Below, in pieces: positions 11,869 to 24,659 of a stretch of 64,000 nucleotides of DNA; the first letter of the stretch is position 1, and each line of letters opens with the position of its first letter. The position numbers were made by a program, and so were the translations under genes. The stretch spans positions 10,652,184 through 10,716,183 of the forward strand of contig OZ316895.1 of assembly GCA_973895155.1 (NCBI GenBank), read 5' to 3'. Origin of the DNA: Marsupella aquatica. Its lineage: Eukaryota; Plantae; Marchantiophyta. Under the pieces are notes generated by a model, which had not been told where the DNA came from, searched no databases, and saw nothing but the letters and a program-made list of their open reading frames with translations.

Positions 11869-14420
11869 ATGAGTGACTCGGAGGATACTGGAAGAATTGG
11901 CATCGGTGGAGCTTCAAGATCGCGACGATTAGACGGTGAGTCTGAGGAGGAGTTGCTACTGTTTGAGGAAGAACTAGTGTCACCGGTACGATCACCGGTG
12001 CGGCGTGCAGTGGAGGAAGCTGTACTACTACCAGAGCTGTTGGTAGTGGGGAAGAAGAGGGAGATGGCTAGATTTGGAGGAGTGAAGTTTGAGGTGGAGA
12101 AGTATGATGCTCGTACTGATTACTTGCTCTGGGAGAAGCAAGTGAAGGGTGTCCTTCGGGCCATGGGCTTAGCTCATCTGCTCTCTTTGCGAGAGCAGTA
12201 TGATGGAGAGGAGGAGATTTTTGTGAAGCAATGGAGACAGGAGTAGGTGATTGCTGTCAATGCAGTGATGCTATACCTCAAGCCGCACATCATCAAGCAG
12301 CTGGATGATTATGCGGATTGCGCGTCACTATTCAAGACTCTAAGAGAGAAGTACTATCGGGAAGATGCGTCAGACCGGCTATACAAGAAGTCTCTCTTGA
12401 TGAGCCTCAGGCTCAAGGAAGGGAGCAAGCTGCAGGATCACATGGATAAGTTTGACAGTCTAGTGGTGGATCTGTCAAACCTGGGAAAAGGATTTGAAGA
12501 TGAGGATAAGGCCTTGCTTCTACTAAGCTCCTTACCGCCGTCATATCAAGGCTTGAAATAGGTGCTCTTGTATAGAGATCTGAAGTCCATTTTGTATAAT
12601 GAGGTGGTGAGCTCTTTACTGTCTGATGATGCTCAGAAGAAGCTGGGTCAAGCACAGACAGTATCTCTTCTGGCACTACGCTGAATGTGAACCGTGGAAG
12701 AGCAGCGCAGCGCTCAAATGGGCAAAACAGGTTTAGATCTACATCACGGGGGAGATCTAAATCCAGAGGGAAATTGCAAGAGAGGAAGCCTCTTGCATGT
12801 TGAAATTGTGGCAAGCCTGGCCACATGAAAAGGGATTGTCGAGTAAAGGTCCCTACTACATCTGCTAACGCCGCATCAAGCTCTCATGAGGTAGATTTAC
12901 TCAATGATGATGACATATTGTGATGCCAAGGTCATGCTCTCAACATAGTGTCAAATCCAGGTAGTGATGATTGGATTCTAGATAGTGCATGTACTTTTCA
13001 CATTTGGTCGAGGAGAGATTTTTTCAGTTCTTACACGGATTCCAACGGGTCAGTGTTGATGGGAAATGGAATCCCATGTCAAGTAGTTGGACTTGGATCT
13101 GTTAGATTTCAGATGTTTGATGGTGCAGTAAGAACGTTGAGGAATGTGAGACATATTCCCAACATGATGAAAAATCTCATTTCACTTGGAGTTTTAGAAG
13201 CAAATGGCCATCAGTGGAGTTCTGCTAATGGTGTCCTTCAGGTTTCAACTGGTACTAAAGTTGTATTGAAGGGAAAGAGACATAGCAATCTATACGTTTT
13301 GGAGGGCAGTGTAGTATGTGATGAAGCCAATGTACCCTTATCTCATGAGGAGATGGCCCATATGTGGCACTTCCATTTGGGCCACATATGTGAAAAAGGT
13401 TTGGTTATTCTTCAGAAAAAAAGATTACTTTCTAATTTGCAATCTTGTAAGTTGGAATTCTGTGAACATTGTGTGCTTGGGAAGTAGCATAGAAAACATT
13501 CCGGAGTTGGAACTCACACCAGCAAGGAGGTACTTGAGTATGTACATAGTGATGTGTGGGGTCCAGCCTCTACTCCCTCACATTCTGGACTGTTATACTA
13601 TATCACGTTCATAGACGATTACTCAAGGTATGTGTGGATATACTTTCTACACACTAAGTTTGATGTTTTTGTTACTTTTAAGGAGTGGAAAGCCCAAGTT
13701 GAGAATCAGACTGGTAATAAGGTGAGATATCTTCGATCGGATAACGACGGTGAATACAATTCCAGGGAATTTGGAACGTATTATAAGGAGTAGGGGATTA
13801 CCCACCATCTCACAATAAGTTATACTCCTCAGCAGAATAGTGTTTCTGAGAGACTCAACCAAACACTATTGACCCGCTTGAGGAATATGTTGAGTCAATC
13901 ATGATCTGAAGGGAACATAGGACTATGGATTACTATTTGATGCCAGATCAGATAGAACGTTAGTTGGCTATGTAGATTCTGACTATGGAGGATGTTTGGA
14001 CACAAGGAGATCAACAACTGGGTATGTATTTATTCTTGGAGGAGGATATATCAGTTGGAAATCTACCTTGCAGAAGTGCATTTCTCAGTCTACTACAAAA
14101 GCAAAGTATGTTGCAACAGCAAAAATTGCAAAGGAAGCAATTTGATTGGACAAGTTGATCGCGGAGATGGGTTTAGAGCATGGCAAAATAACTCTAAACT
14201 GTGATAGTTAGCTCTTCACTTGGCTGCTAACCAGGTGATGGATAGCAGGGTGAAGCACATTGATATCAGGTACCATTTTATCAGGCAAACAGTGTCTGAT
14301 AAAACTTTTGAGCTAGTCAAGATTGATGGAAAGCTCAATCCCGCTGATGCCTTTACCAAAGCGATTCTTTTGGAGAGTTTCTCAAGACACTGTGCTACTT
14401 TGCAGGTTTTGCAGTTGTAG
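11869..14420 (+). pseudogene. Disrupted copia gag-pol (Gag, zinc knuckle, protease, GAG-pre-integrase, integrase core, RNase H; RT deleted)
   Basis: KFEVEKYDARTDYLLW (gag), C*NCGKPGHMKRDC (CCHC), DWILDSACTFH (PR), MWH..LGH...CEHC, YVHSDVWGP, LRSDNDGEY, TPQQNSVSER (IN), GYVDSDYGG..DTRRSTTGYVF, KHIDIRYHFIR, NPADAFTK (RNase H). Several stops (e.g. 12244, 12559, 13485, 13791) and frameshifts. Confidence 0.95.
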
Positions 14421-14616
14421 TACAAGTAGAGTTATTTAGCAATGTGTGACTATTTGTATATGGATTACTCATTCCTGTTTGGCTACGGTTTAGTTCTAGT
14501 TAACCCGTAGTTAACCCTTGTGCTTTTTAGGGGGAGACCTGGTTTGGTGATTGTCTAGAACTTCCCGCTGAGGATTCCATATGGTGGCATTTAGTCTAGT
14601 CCCCAAGACAAGAGTC

Positions 14617-14625
14617 AAGGGGGAG
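14617..14625 (+). other. Polypurine tract
   Basis: AAGGGGGAG, 2 nt before the 3' LTR. Confidence 0.9.
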
Positions 14626-14627
14626 TT

Positions 14628-14971
14628 TGTTAGATATTGCTCTAGTCTTGTGACTCATGAGCTAACCATAGTTAGTCTAACTTGGGTTAGGACTTAGCTA
14701 ATATTAGCGGTAGTGCTGTTGTGCATATAGCTAGGGCTGATGCCAGACCCTGGTGGAACTTAGGCTCATTGTTACGGAGCTAGTTGAGAGATAGGGAGAG
14801 CTTGTGTTGTGGATGCTTGATATGGCCAGTCGGCCTAGAGTGCAGTAAAACTCTTGGGTGTTCCCATGGACGTAGCCTCATGTGGAGGTGAACCACGTAT
14901 CTCTCTGTGTTGACAATTGTGCGTTGGATGGTTCATGGGTTTGCCAATACGAATGTCGTCTATTTTCAACA
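14628..14971 (+). repeat. 3' LTR of copia element
   Basis: Copy of 9871-10214, followed by TSD GAGAA. Confidence 0.96.
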
Positions 14972-16680
14972 GAGAATGACACCCCAAGGAATTTTTCCGG
15001 GTGTCTTGACCAACTGTGAAATACTTCAACCATTTGCAATGTTTTATTGGAAGAAGGGTTGTGATTTACATTTTGAGGCATAGATTGCATGGAGGGGTGG
15101 ACCAAATCCTAAATTAGAGTGAAAATCTGAAGGTTCACATGAAACGCAGGTCCCCCATAGAGTTTTCACGAAGTGAGTCCCAGGTATACTGAGCACTCTG
15201 GGTCACCAGGAGACAAATCACGTAGTAAATAGTAGTGGTTTAAGCCAACTGGCCAATCCATAAGAGCTTAATTTACTAACATTGGTGAGCGTGAATAGGA
15301 GGTATCAAACCCAATCAATTTATGGGTAGGGTTATGAATAGAAAATGTTATGGACTACAAATTCATGATGTATAGTTGTTTTAGATAAACATTGGTCATG
15401 TACGTAGTGGCCAGTGAGAAATCTTTTAAATATAACCCTAAGGAAAAACTATGGCCATTTGTTTAGGCCAACATCCCTACCTATGAAACCTTGAGACGCC
15501 AAAATGTGTCACTATGGTAATGGAAAGCGCAAAAGACGGAAATTCCATAGGTTGTCTGGTCCGGTCCGAGCTGCTTGCCGGCGGACGGAAGCACCGGCTT
15601 GCTTACCGCAGCAAAACAACGGCTGACAAAAATGATGAATGGAAATAACAATAAACAATGATGATGGCTTATCTACGGTAGTTTAGCCCAACGAGTAGTT
15701 TTTTGTGCCTTCGTGGGGCGTGTCGGTCGGACCACGACTGCCTAATTAATTATCGCTGGACTAGAGCCTACAGGTGTACCTGTACGTACCTTGTTCCGTT
15801 TCTTCCCACTCATTTTAAATGTATCGTAACATATTATTCTCCTACCGTACCTGCAGTAGTGCTGGCTTAGCTTAGCGTCCTCACCTAATTATTGCTGCGG
15901 CACCGTTTCGCATGCTCGTCCTCGAGACCTCCAGTCCTCCTGCTCAAGTGGCACTCCTGGTTGTCCGCTCATTTAGGGGGCTGTATAATGTGGAGAGGAC
16001 AAAAATTGACCGTCATTTGTGTCTTAGCATACCTGAATACCTGATCGGCTGATCCACATATAGACTTACTCCTGACGAAAACGTGGTCAGGTAGTGCATT
16101 TAAGAGGTAGTGCATTTATGGTAGTGCCACTCCAGTTCGCGCAGACCGAGCTAAACACTATTTTCCATTTTAATAAATACTGCAAGACCAGAATATTATT
16201 CTCCAGTATTTAATAATTAGTTACACAATATGTACAGTAGCGAGTCATTGTAGAGTTAAAGCGAGTATTATTCTCCCGTTCATAATAATTAATTATCCAC
16301 ACTATTCATGGTGACAAATCATTGAACAGTTTACAGCTTGATGCATAGAAGATTCCTAAAATCTTTGTAGGTTTCACAAGGCTCCAAATTTTTAATTATT
16401 TACTAACTCCAAATTGGGATGGCATGACCATGATACTCTATTTACAAAATGAGAAGGGGGGAGGTCCTTTCAGAATACCTACTCAAGGGGTGATAGAGAC
16501 TTTGGTCAAAAGTACATTTTTGGGTACCTACGGTCCATGTATTGAGAGAATTCTTACCTAAGTGACCTCTCAAATTCTCCTCAATTTCATGTAAAATCCT
16601 AGTGGTGTGGTCACTTGACATAACAGGTTGTGACAAAGCCTAAAAGCAAAATCTTGGAAGTGATTGATTATTTGTTAACA

Positions 16681-16847
16681 AGGTACTTGCTTGATGGGAC
16701 CCAAAATGAAAAGTATCACTTGATAGGACCCTTGAGTGATCCAGGAGGTTGATTGTCCTTGATACACCTTAAATCAACATCCTTAGAACCTCACGGGTCC
16801 TATCAACTAATAAATTTCATTTTGGGGTCCCATCAAGCAAGTACCTC
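16681..16847. mobile_element. Palindromic MITE, Mutator (MULE)-like
   Basis: Long TIRs AGGTACTTGCTTGATGGGACCC(C)AAAATGAAA / TTTCATTTTGGGGTCCCATCAAGCAAGTACCT. 10-bp flanking direct repeat TTTGTTAACA / TTTGTTATCA. Confidence 0.82.
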
Positions 16848-17047
16848 TTTGTTATCAGTAATGTACTAAAGAAAGTCTATCCACTACCATGAGATCCTTG
16901 GAGACAAAAAGCAATTGTTACATATCACACTGCCAGAATACAGAAGGTGCCTAACCCAGAGATACCAGTACCTAAAAGGCACCCAGCCAGATGACACTAA
17001 TTCCTTACTCCCCAGTAAGTGAATAAGTTTTAATTGTAGCCAAAGAT

Positions 17048-17686
17048 GAGAGATATAATAGATGGACCCCAAAATGAAAAACACTTCCTGGATAGACCCC
17101 ATGGAGCACATGACCATTGATAGACCTTAAATCATGGTTCCCAAAATCTCATGGGGCCTCATGGGTCTATCAAGTAGCACTTTACAATTAGAGGTCCATT
17201 ACATATATCATTCTGCAAAAGATTGACAGAAAATCCACAGATGGGTCTATCAAGTTGGGCGTCTCAAACTTGCTCTCTCATGGTTTTTTCGTCAGCCATT
17301 CTAAGAAATCTATGTCCGCAACCTAGACCAAAATCCAACTTTCCGGCCAGCTTAATACACAGGGTCTCATGTTTGAGATGGGTTTCAACACGCTCCCGTC
17401 GGTCAGCTAGGCACCGACAATTTTAGTGTGGTTGCTGACAACTCTCAAAGGGCACAAACAATTTTGAAACGCGACCACACATATTGCATGAAGCAACTTT
17501 CTCTTCAGACGGTGGTGTGCTGACGCCCAAGTTAGTGACTGTCACCTCTTGTGGAACTGCATATTTTTGGTCTGTGACCCGGTCTGGAGCATTTGGGTCA
17601 CTCATGATGCCCTAGTAACACTTTTAGATGAGAGGTCCATCACCTACACTTTGAAATTAGAGGTCCATCACCTATAATTATCTCTG
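17048..17686. mobile_element. Degenerate composite copy of the same MITE family, with a duplicated right end and an internal ~360 bp insert
   Basis: GATGGACCCCAAAATGAAAA at 17061. Right-end-like GAGGTCCAT...GCAAAAGATT(T)GACAGAAAATCCACA at ~17190-17240 and again at ~17660-17714. Putative 10-bp TSD AGCCAAAGAT / AGCAAAAGAT. Confidence 0.55.
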
Positions 17687-19218
17687 AGCAAAAGATTTGA
17701 CAGAAAATCCACACTCCACAGCACCAGGCTCTGAAGCTGGCGACAGTAGTAGCCCCCTCATCGAATTCTGATCCGTCGCTTCAGGCGGACCCAGGCGACT
17801 ACCGTAGGCGAGGTGGTCATATCTCGATCACTGGAGTCTGGGTAATTGGGTTGTATGGGACTATGGATTCTTCCGGCTGCTGGCTGCTGGCTGCTGCACT
17901 CTACTCGACTCTACTCTACCCTACTCCTGCCTGCTGTAGTCTGACTGCGCTCGATCGAGCCGCTGCCGCTGCCGAAACAGTTCCCGAGAACATGCTACGT
18001 GACTGTCGTGTGTGTGTGTGTGTGCCAGTCCAGAGCTTGGACTGATGAGGGAGAAGGAGACTGACGATTTGTTTGCCTTGAAAGCTTCAGAATTTACTGA
18101 ATGGATATTATTGTTATTGGAAGAAGAAAGCATAGATTACACAGCCGTGCATCAGTGCATGGAAGCCCGTGAGGGGGGCGGGAAAATACTCAGGCTGAAG
18201 GCTGGAAATGCAGAGCGCAAAAAGGAGGGGGAGGGGTGATGATTACATGACTGTCATTGTGTAGATCTTTCGCTTTCCCTCGCCTAGTTGCTTTTCAAAT
18301 CTCACCTAAGGAATGGAATGGTTCTGCTCCGCTGGTAAGTCGGTAGAGTGCCAGACGGACGGACGGACAGAGGGAGATGCTAATTCCTAAACTTATCAGT
18401 CCTTGCTTTTTCACATGTCATCCTGCTCGCTTCGCACACTTCGTCTCTGCAATTCTGCGGGCTCTCATGCGGGCAGACAGAGAATGATGATGACTAAGGA
18501 GCGATGGAGACTCGAGATGATTGTGTACAACTGTGGTTGTGCGTACTGTGAAGAATGTGGTGTAAAGGCCAAGGAGAGAGGAGGAACGGAGGGAGGATTG
18601 GACTACGGGAGATTGTGAGGGTGGGATTTCCTGCTGTTGTACCACGGACGAGCGAATGATCGTACTGCAGGATTCCAGCTGATGTAGATTGTTAGAGTGA
18701 TTCTTCCTTCGGACTATACTGTACACAAGCGTGAATGTGTGATCGACCGTCGTAGAAGACGGTACTACCTTTTGCGTGGGCCCTCTCAGCTTAAAGCTCC
18801 GCACAGGGAGAGGCGAAACCATTTTAAAGTTATAAGAGCTAGGGAACAAATAGCAACGAATGTGCTGACTGATCGCTTGCTCACAGCGACCCGGCACCCA
18901 GCCTAGCCGAAGCGCGGAGACGTGGATTCCAGCACAACGGAGAAGTGGAGGAGGATGGGAGCTGAAGTTGCGGCAAGAATGAATCCCTTTCCGTCTGGGG
19001 TAGTAGCAGCACCTTTGTTCTGTCGTACAGCGGTAGTGAGCGTCATTCCGTTGGTGGCAATGTACATGCGCATAGACAAGGCTCACGAGGCCCTGCAGAG
19101 AATTCAGGTGTTGGACGGAAGGTAGCAAGAAAGTTGAGGACGAATTCATTCGAGTTTTCTGCGGTAGATGCTACACGGTGGTACCTGTTTAGGAGATCCT
19201 TGCCTTGCCGCCATCATC

Positions 19219-22200
19219 ATGGAAGGCCGTCTGCAATTGAGGCATCTTGTTTTGGCCCTTCAACTTTTTTGGTGTACGCTTTGTAGTGTGATGATTTCCG
19301 AAGCTCAAGGCCTCTGGAATCCCGAAGGTAAAGCGTCAAATCGAGAACTGAAGTATATAATTTTGGCGTGAGTGTAGTGCCCATTTTCCCGGCTGTCATG
19401 TGGCATATGGTTGAAAAGCTAGGCCAGACTCTGTTCTCGGGTCTTGTTGTTTTCAAGTTGACGTCCTCGGCAAATTGATCTTGGCGGCCATCCCTGTCAA
19501 AGATGGACCACAAAGTAATGGATAAGCAGGGCCCGGCCTTCAACGCTTGAATATTTTACATCAAAAATTTGATCTCTTTCATGCAAGCCCGTAGAATCCG
19601 GCAGCTAGTTCCAGGCTCAACGCTTGTTTCTTCGAGTTTGGGGTGTGATTCGTCGTGATGTCATGAAAGCTCTTGCCTCGGATAGCCTTGTGTCCTCCCT
19701 AAGTGACATTGGAGCACACTTGAGGAAAGTTCAGGGAGTTAATAGTTCTGGGTCCTTTACAGGACGTGACATGTACAGAGGCTGCTCGTCTGATGTGAAT
19801 GTTTCGTAATGCAGTGGTGGCTTTGATAAATATGAAAAACGAGTGGCGGTCCTCTCTTCCAGCGTTCTTGGAGAATTGGGACCTGTATGCAGCGGACCCT
19901 AGCAACTTCCAATACGTGTCTACAAACGTAAACAAATCGGTCGATCGATTGTAAGTGCCAAACCGAGTGAAGCAATTCCTGTAGAGTTTCGTTGGTCACC
20001 AAGCTTGCCTTGCCAACCTCAGTGTCCGGCCCCTCCGGAGAATTCCTCGATGCCGTGAGATGCTGCCCATGACACTGAATCGTTTGGTTCCAAACAAATC
20101 TGAATGGGCAATTACTATTTTCCATACAGAAAAGATTTTGCTTCACAGATTTTGTGCATCGCTTGTGCTGTTACGGAAATGACTTGTTCGTTGACTTCGC
20201 AGAGACTTTTCCAACAAGCCGATTTCTGGAACATTGTCACCTTGGATCGGGAATTTAACCAACCTGCAATATGTGTGAGTGCGCAATCGTTTGTACGCAC
20301 GTATATGTAAGACGTTCGCTTGAATTGCTTCATTGTGAAATGTGGGTGGCATCTCGGAAAATCTGTGCAATAATGATGATCCAGAAAAGTTATTGCTGTG
20401 CAGTTCTTTTGAGAACAACAACATATCGGGCGGTATCCCAGCTGAGCTAGGAAGTCTCTCCTTTCTGCAAACTCTGGACTTGGCCAACAATAGCTTCACG
20501 GGCAGCATCCCGTCCACTTTAGGGAATCTTACCAGCGTTATGCAGATGTAAGCCTCACGACCCATAATCTTAGACTTTACAGCATAGAGCGATGTCCGTT
20601 GAGAAGCTTGATGTTGGCCTGACCCAGTACCAGTCAAATTAATTCATGGGGGTTGTCAGCACAAACCTTTCTTAAAGACAGCGCGGCGTTAGATTGGAAT
20701 TCATGAAAAAGATTCCTGTGTCTTTGTTGATGGAATTTAACTTGCGTGAAGGCAGAGCGCTGAACTCCAACCAACTGAGCGGATCGATTCCTGGATCCCT
20801 TACTGAGCTGCACAGCTTGCAGGTCTTGTAAGTCTCGCTTCATTCATCTCTCGTCCTGATGTGCTTGCATATCATTCCCTACTTCTATGTGAAGCCGCTC
20901 CCAGTTTGTTCGAGTGTGACAGTGAACTCATTCAGCATTGCAGGGCATCTTTCGACTCATATCAAGAATCTAAAGTGTATTGCTGCTCTTATACATTTCC
21001 AAATCTCCTTCCAAATTTCATCTAGATGTCTCTGGTTTCCATTATTTGTAGGATCCTAAGGTTACCAAAATCAAGCGTTTCAGTATTCTTAGCCATTCCA
21101 GAACACGCTCTCGACCTGATGAGAAATTTTAAAGGGTCAATCTTGGCTGTCCTCCTTACATGCTCGATGCAATCACAGTTCGGATAACGTGGTGAGGTTA
21201 CAATGTCTTGATCGGCACTGCCCTGGTTCTTTATTTTCGACAGAAACCTCGGGTTCAACAATTTCAGTGGAATAGTGCCAAATTTTTCTGGACCAGTAAC
21301 CCTGAAGTAAGTGTTCACCCTCTGTTTGCTATTGCTTCGCTGGAAATGTACAAGTCTGTTTTGGTACTCTGTACCTATCGATGCTGAACCAGTCTTTTGT
21401 TCAGTGTGCAGGGAAACACTCAACTCTGTGGCCCCCAAAACCATATAAATTGCTCGGATTTTTCAAATCTTCCTCCAACCGCACAGGCCAATAGTTCGGA
21501 AGGTTTGTGCTTCTCGTACTTCTTTGGACTTTCCGTCCACTAGTCCAGGTCGCTGACTAACCTGTTAGCACCCAAGAAGGGTTTCCTGTTTTCAATAAAA
21601 ACCTTTGGTTGTGCCTTGAAAGCCGTATGTGGACCAAGTATAACTTGATGAACAGCACACATAGGAGAAGAAAAGACCAGCAGTTTCCTTAGCCATCCGT
21701 AGGCTGGATTCATATCTCAGCTTGAACTTCGAGGCTGACATTCACATTATTTCCTGACGGATTTCTCAATATGCCGGACAGGTTCATCCCCGCATAGGCA
21801 CTACAAAGGGGCTCTTGTCTGTGGGCTGTCTGTTGGGGCCTCGCTACTGATATTGTCAATCTCTTGCGGGATTGGCTGGTGGAAGCGGCACAAGGCCCAG
21901 CAAGTGTTTTTTGATGTCCATGGTACGTGCTCAGCTACCTCTACGGTACTCTAGTGTATTGCCAGTTTTTGTCTAAATGTAACTGCGTTTCCAAAGAATT
22001 CCTCATAAAATCTCCTGATCATAATGCTGTTCCTGCCAAGATGTAGAAATGGATTAGCGTCTACTAACCGTCGTCTGGTTCTGTTCGTGCAGAGCAGGGA
22101 AACAACCACATGATGCTCGGCCAGTTGAAGAAGTTCTCCTTTCGAGAGCTGCAAACTGCTACAAACAATTTTGATAGCAATAGTATTCTTGGAAAGGGCG

Positions 22201-24659
22201 GCTTTGGTAATGTGTACAAGGGATGTCTTCCTGACGGCTCTTTGGTGGCTGTGAAACGATTGAGAGAGGAGGGTACTCCTGGCGGTGAAATTCAATTTCA
22301 AATGGAGGTGGAGATGATAAGTCTAGCTGTTCACCGAAACCTGCTTCGCCTGCGAGGCTTTTGCATGACACCAACAGAGCGGCTGCTAGTATACCCCTAC
22401 ATGCCCAATGGCAGTGTTGCTTCTCGACTGCGAGGTATCTCTCACTATTACCATAGCTTATTTCCCGAGGATTTTGAATTAATGGATTTGATTAACTCAT
22501 TGGAACCATTCCCACTCCCTTTCATCGCTAAACGTCCATGTCAACATTTGAGAATAGAAAAAGCTCGTAAGAGCTTGCTAGAATGATATTTTGTCCTACA
22601 GCCTCTGCAGTTGTAGGAGTGACGAGGGTTTGTGCCTACATCAATCTTCTACTACACTCTGTGGCGTATCTGTTAAATACCCGTGCTGTTTCTACTATCT
22701 GTGGAGGAGGAGATCGGCATCCGTTTGAGCAACTGTGTCGTGCCCAGCATATGAATGATGTTTGACCTGACAGTAATGAATTGCAGTAGCAACCGATATT
22801 TGTTTTTGAGCTTTACGTGTCGTCTGCAATGGACGCCTCAATCAAGCTGCAACACTGAATATGACCTGCTGACGTTATGTCATGTGTCCAGCTAGGAACC
22901 ACGTGGACAAGTCCTGGAAACTCGGAAGTAATCCTATTTGTGGTGAGCACTCCGACTACAAACGTACACTCAGTCACTCCTGAAGTTTTCATTGACACCA
23001 GTTCGCCTGGTGACATCTAGCAAACCAAGATTTCTAAATTGCATTAAACGAAACATATACTGCTTTCCTTGAGGGGTCTATCTGTTCACTTAACTTTGTG
23101 AATGATTTCTCACATGTTATGCAATGGTGAGAAGTTTTGAGATTATGCTAGTAGAAACGGTTTGAAGAACTAAAAGCAGTTCGCCTTTTGTGGCCAAACA
23201 GATTCATTATTTCGGAAGCCAGTGCTAGATTGGCCCACCCGCAAGCAAATTGCTTTGGGCTCAGCACGGGGCCTACTTTATCTCCACGAACACTGTGACC
23301 CCAAAATCATTCACCGTGATGTGAAAGCAGCCAATGTGCTCCTGGATGAGGGCTTTGAGGCTGTTGTTGGTGACTTCGGTCTTGCAAAGTTGCTGGACCA
23401 CACAGACTCCCATGTTACAACTGCTGTTCGTGGAACAGTTGGTCACATCGCCCCGGAGTATCTTTCAACAGGTCAATCATCAGAAAAGACTGATGTCTTT
23501 GGATTCGGCATTCTCTTGCTGGAATTGATAACTGGCCAGAGAGCATTTGACTTTGGTCGAATTTCCAATAACCAGGATGTGATGCTACTGGATTGGGTAC
23601 GTGAGCGTAAAGATTCATGCAACCGTGTGATTGTAAATGCTTTTGGCTCATTTAGCCTGTCATTGGTTCCCGAGTGTTAATGGTTTAGTATAACCTTTCT
23701 GCTGAAAGGGACCGTCCAACATGACTATTAATCCGAAGTGGTTACGTACTCTCGATTGCAGCTCACTTTAACCTTTTCGTGATATTTATTTCGCATATTT
23801 GCCGTAAAACCGTCTTGAGACACTCGGAAGAGTTGACTCAAATTTCTCTGCCAGAAATGCCATTAGTGTACCAGCAGCACGGATGGCAGATTAGCTGCTC
23901 TAGTGTTAAGCGTGTGTTACCTTCATCTACAGCAGTCCGTCATTTGTTCCCGGATATTGAAGTGCCAAGAACTGTCCAGATATAACTTGCCAATAGATCG
24001 GCGAACATGATTGATTCCTAAGGTGGGAGATCAATTCTAGGTCGACGTTCATTAGAAGTCATTTCACTCTATCTTGTACAATTGTCCTAGAAACGCTCGG
24101 GGATATCGGGTCATTAGAAGTAATTTCAACATCTCTATTTTGTACAATTGTCCTAGAAACGCTCGGGGATATCGTGGATACTCAAAACTTTTGACGAGAT
24201 CGATTCTTGAAACCTATCGTGCAGCCTTATCGGCCGGCTATATGGACCCTCGTAGCGGAGAAACCAACTCCATTTATTGACAAAGCCACATTTCTTGCCA
24301 GTAGCTAACTCGTGGATATTGGCTCCTCTTGCAATTCTCAGGTGAAAAAGCTACAGATTGAAAAGCGTTTGGACTTGCTGGTGGATTCTGATCTGAAGCA
24401 GAAATACAACACGGTAGAGCTAGAGGAGATGGTGCAGGTTGCGCTGCTCTGCACTCAAGCGTCTCCTGCCGATCGGCCCAAAATGTCAGAGGTAGTACGT
24501 ATGCTGGAAGGTGATGGACTTGCCGAGCGCTGGGAAACTTGGCGTCAAGCTGAGAGCCGCCGTAGTCAAGAAGCTTTGCTCATGCCTCGCAAATTTTATG
24601 AACTTGTGGAAGATTCCACGTATGATATGGAGGCTGTCCAGCTATCCGGACCTAGGTGA
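19219..24659 (+). CDS. LRR receptor-like kinase subfamily II (SERK/NIK/CIK family; most like NIK/CIK co-receptors), ~629 aa
   Basis: 11 GT-AG exons: 19219-19327, 19815-19950, 20203-20274, 20404-20547, 20756-20827, 21244-21306, 21405-21502, 21782-21922, 22093-22434, 23202-23596, 24342-24659 (sum 1890 nt, in frame). Signal peptide, NPEVVAL, 72/144/72-nt LRR exons, TM followed by [89 protein letters not shown]-terminal LSGPR. No SPP motif. An in-frame upstream ATG also exists at 19168. Confidence 0.95.
24049..24174. repeat. Tandem duplication (~62-66 bp x2) in the last intron of the RLK gene
   Basis: TCATTAGAAGT...TTGTACAATTGTCCTAGAAACGCTCGGGGATATCG occurs twice. Confidence 0.9.

Larger units (their letters stand above)
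9871..14971 (+). mobile_element. Ty1/copia LTR retrotransposon, degenerate and internally deleted (no RT)
   Basis: Two 344-bp LTRs (TGTTAG...TCAACA), 5-bp TSD GAGAA (9866-9870 and 14972-14976), PBS TGGTATCAGAGC, PPT AAGGGGGAG, and gag/PR/IN/RNaseH motifs in copia order. Confidence 0.97.

Noticed and set aside
18418-19149. 243-aa minus-strand ORF upstream of the RLK
   Set aside because: Low-complexity S/H/T-rich translation with no domain. The region looks like the RLK leader or 5' UTR intron.
19219-24659. Naming the kinase SERK1/BAK1
   Set aside because: It lacks the SPP motif and has NIK/CIK-type signatures ([30 protein letters not shown]). Orthology needs a phylogeny, so no symbol is given.
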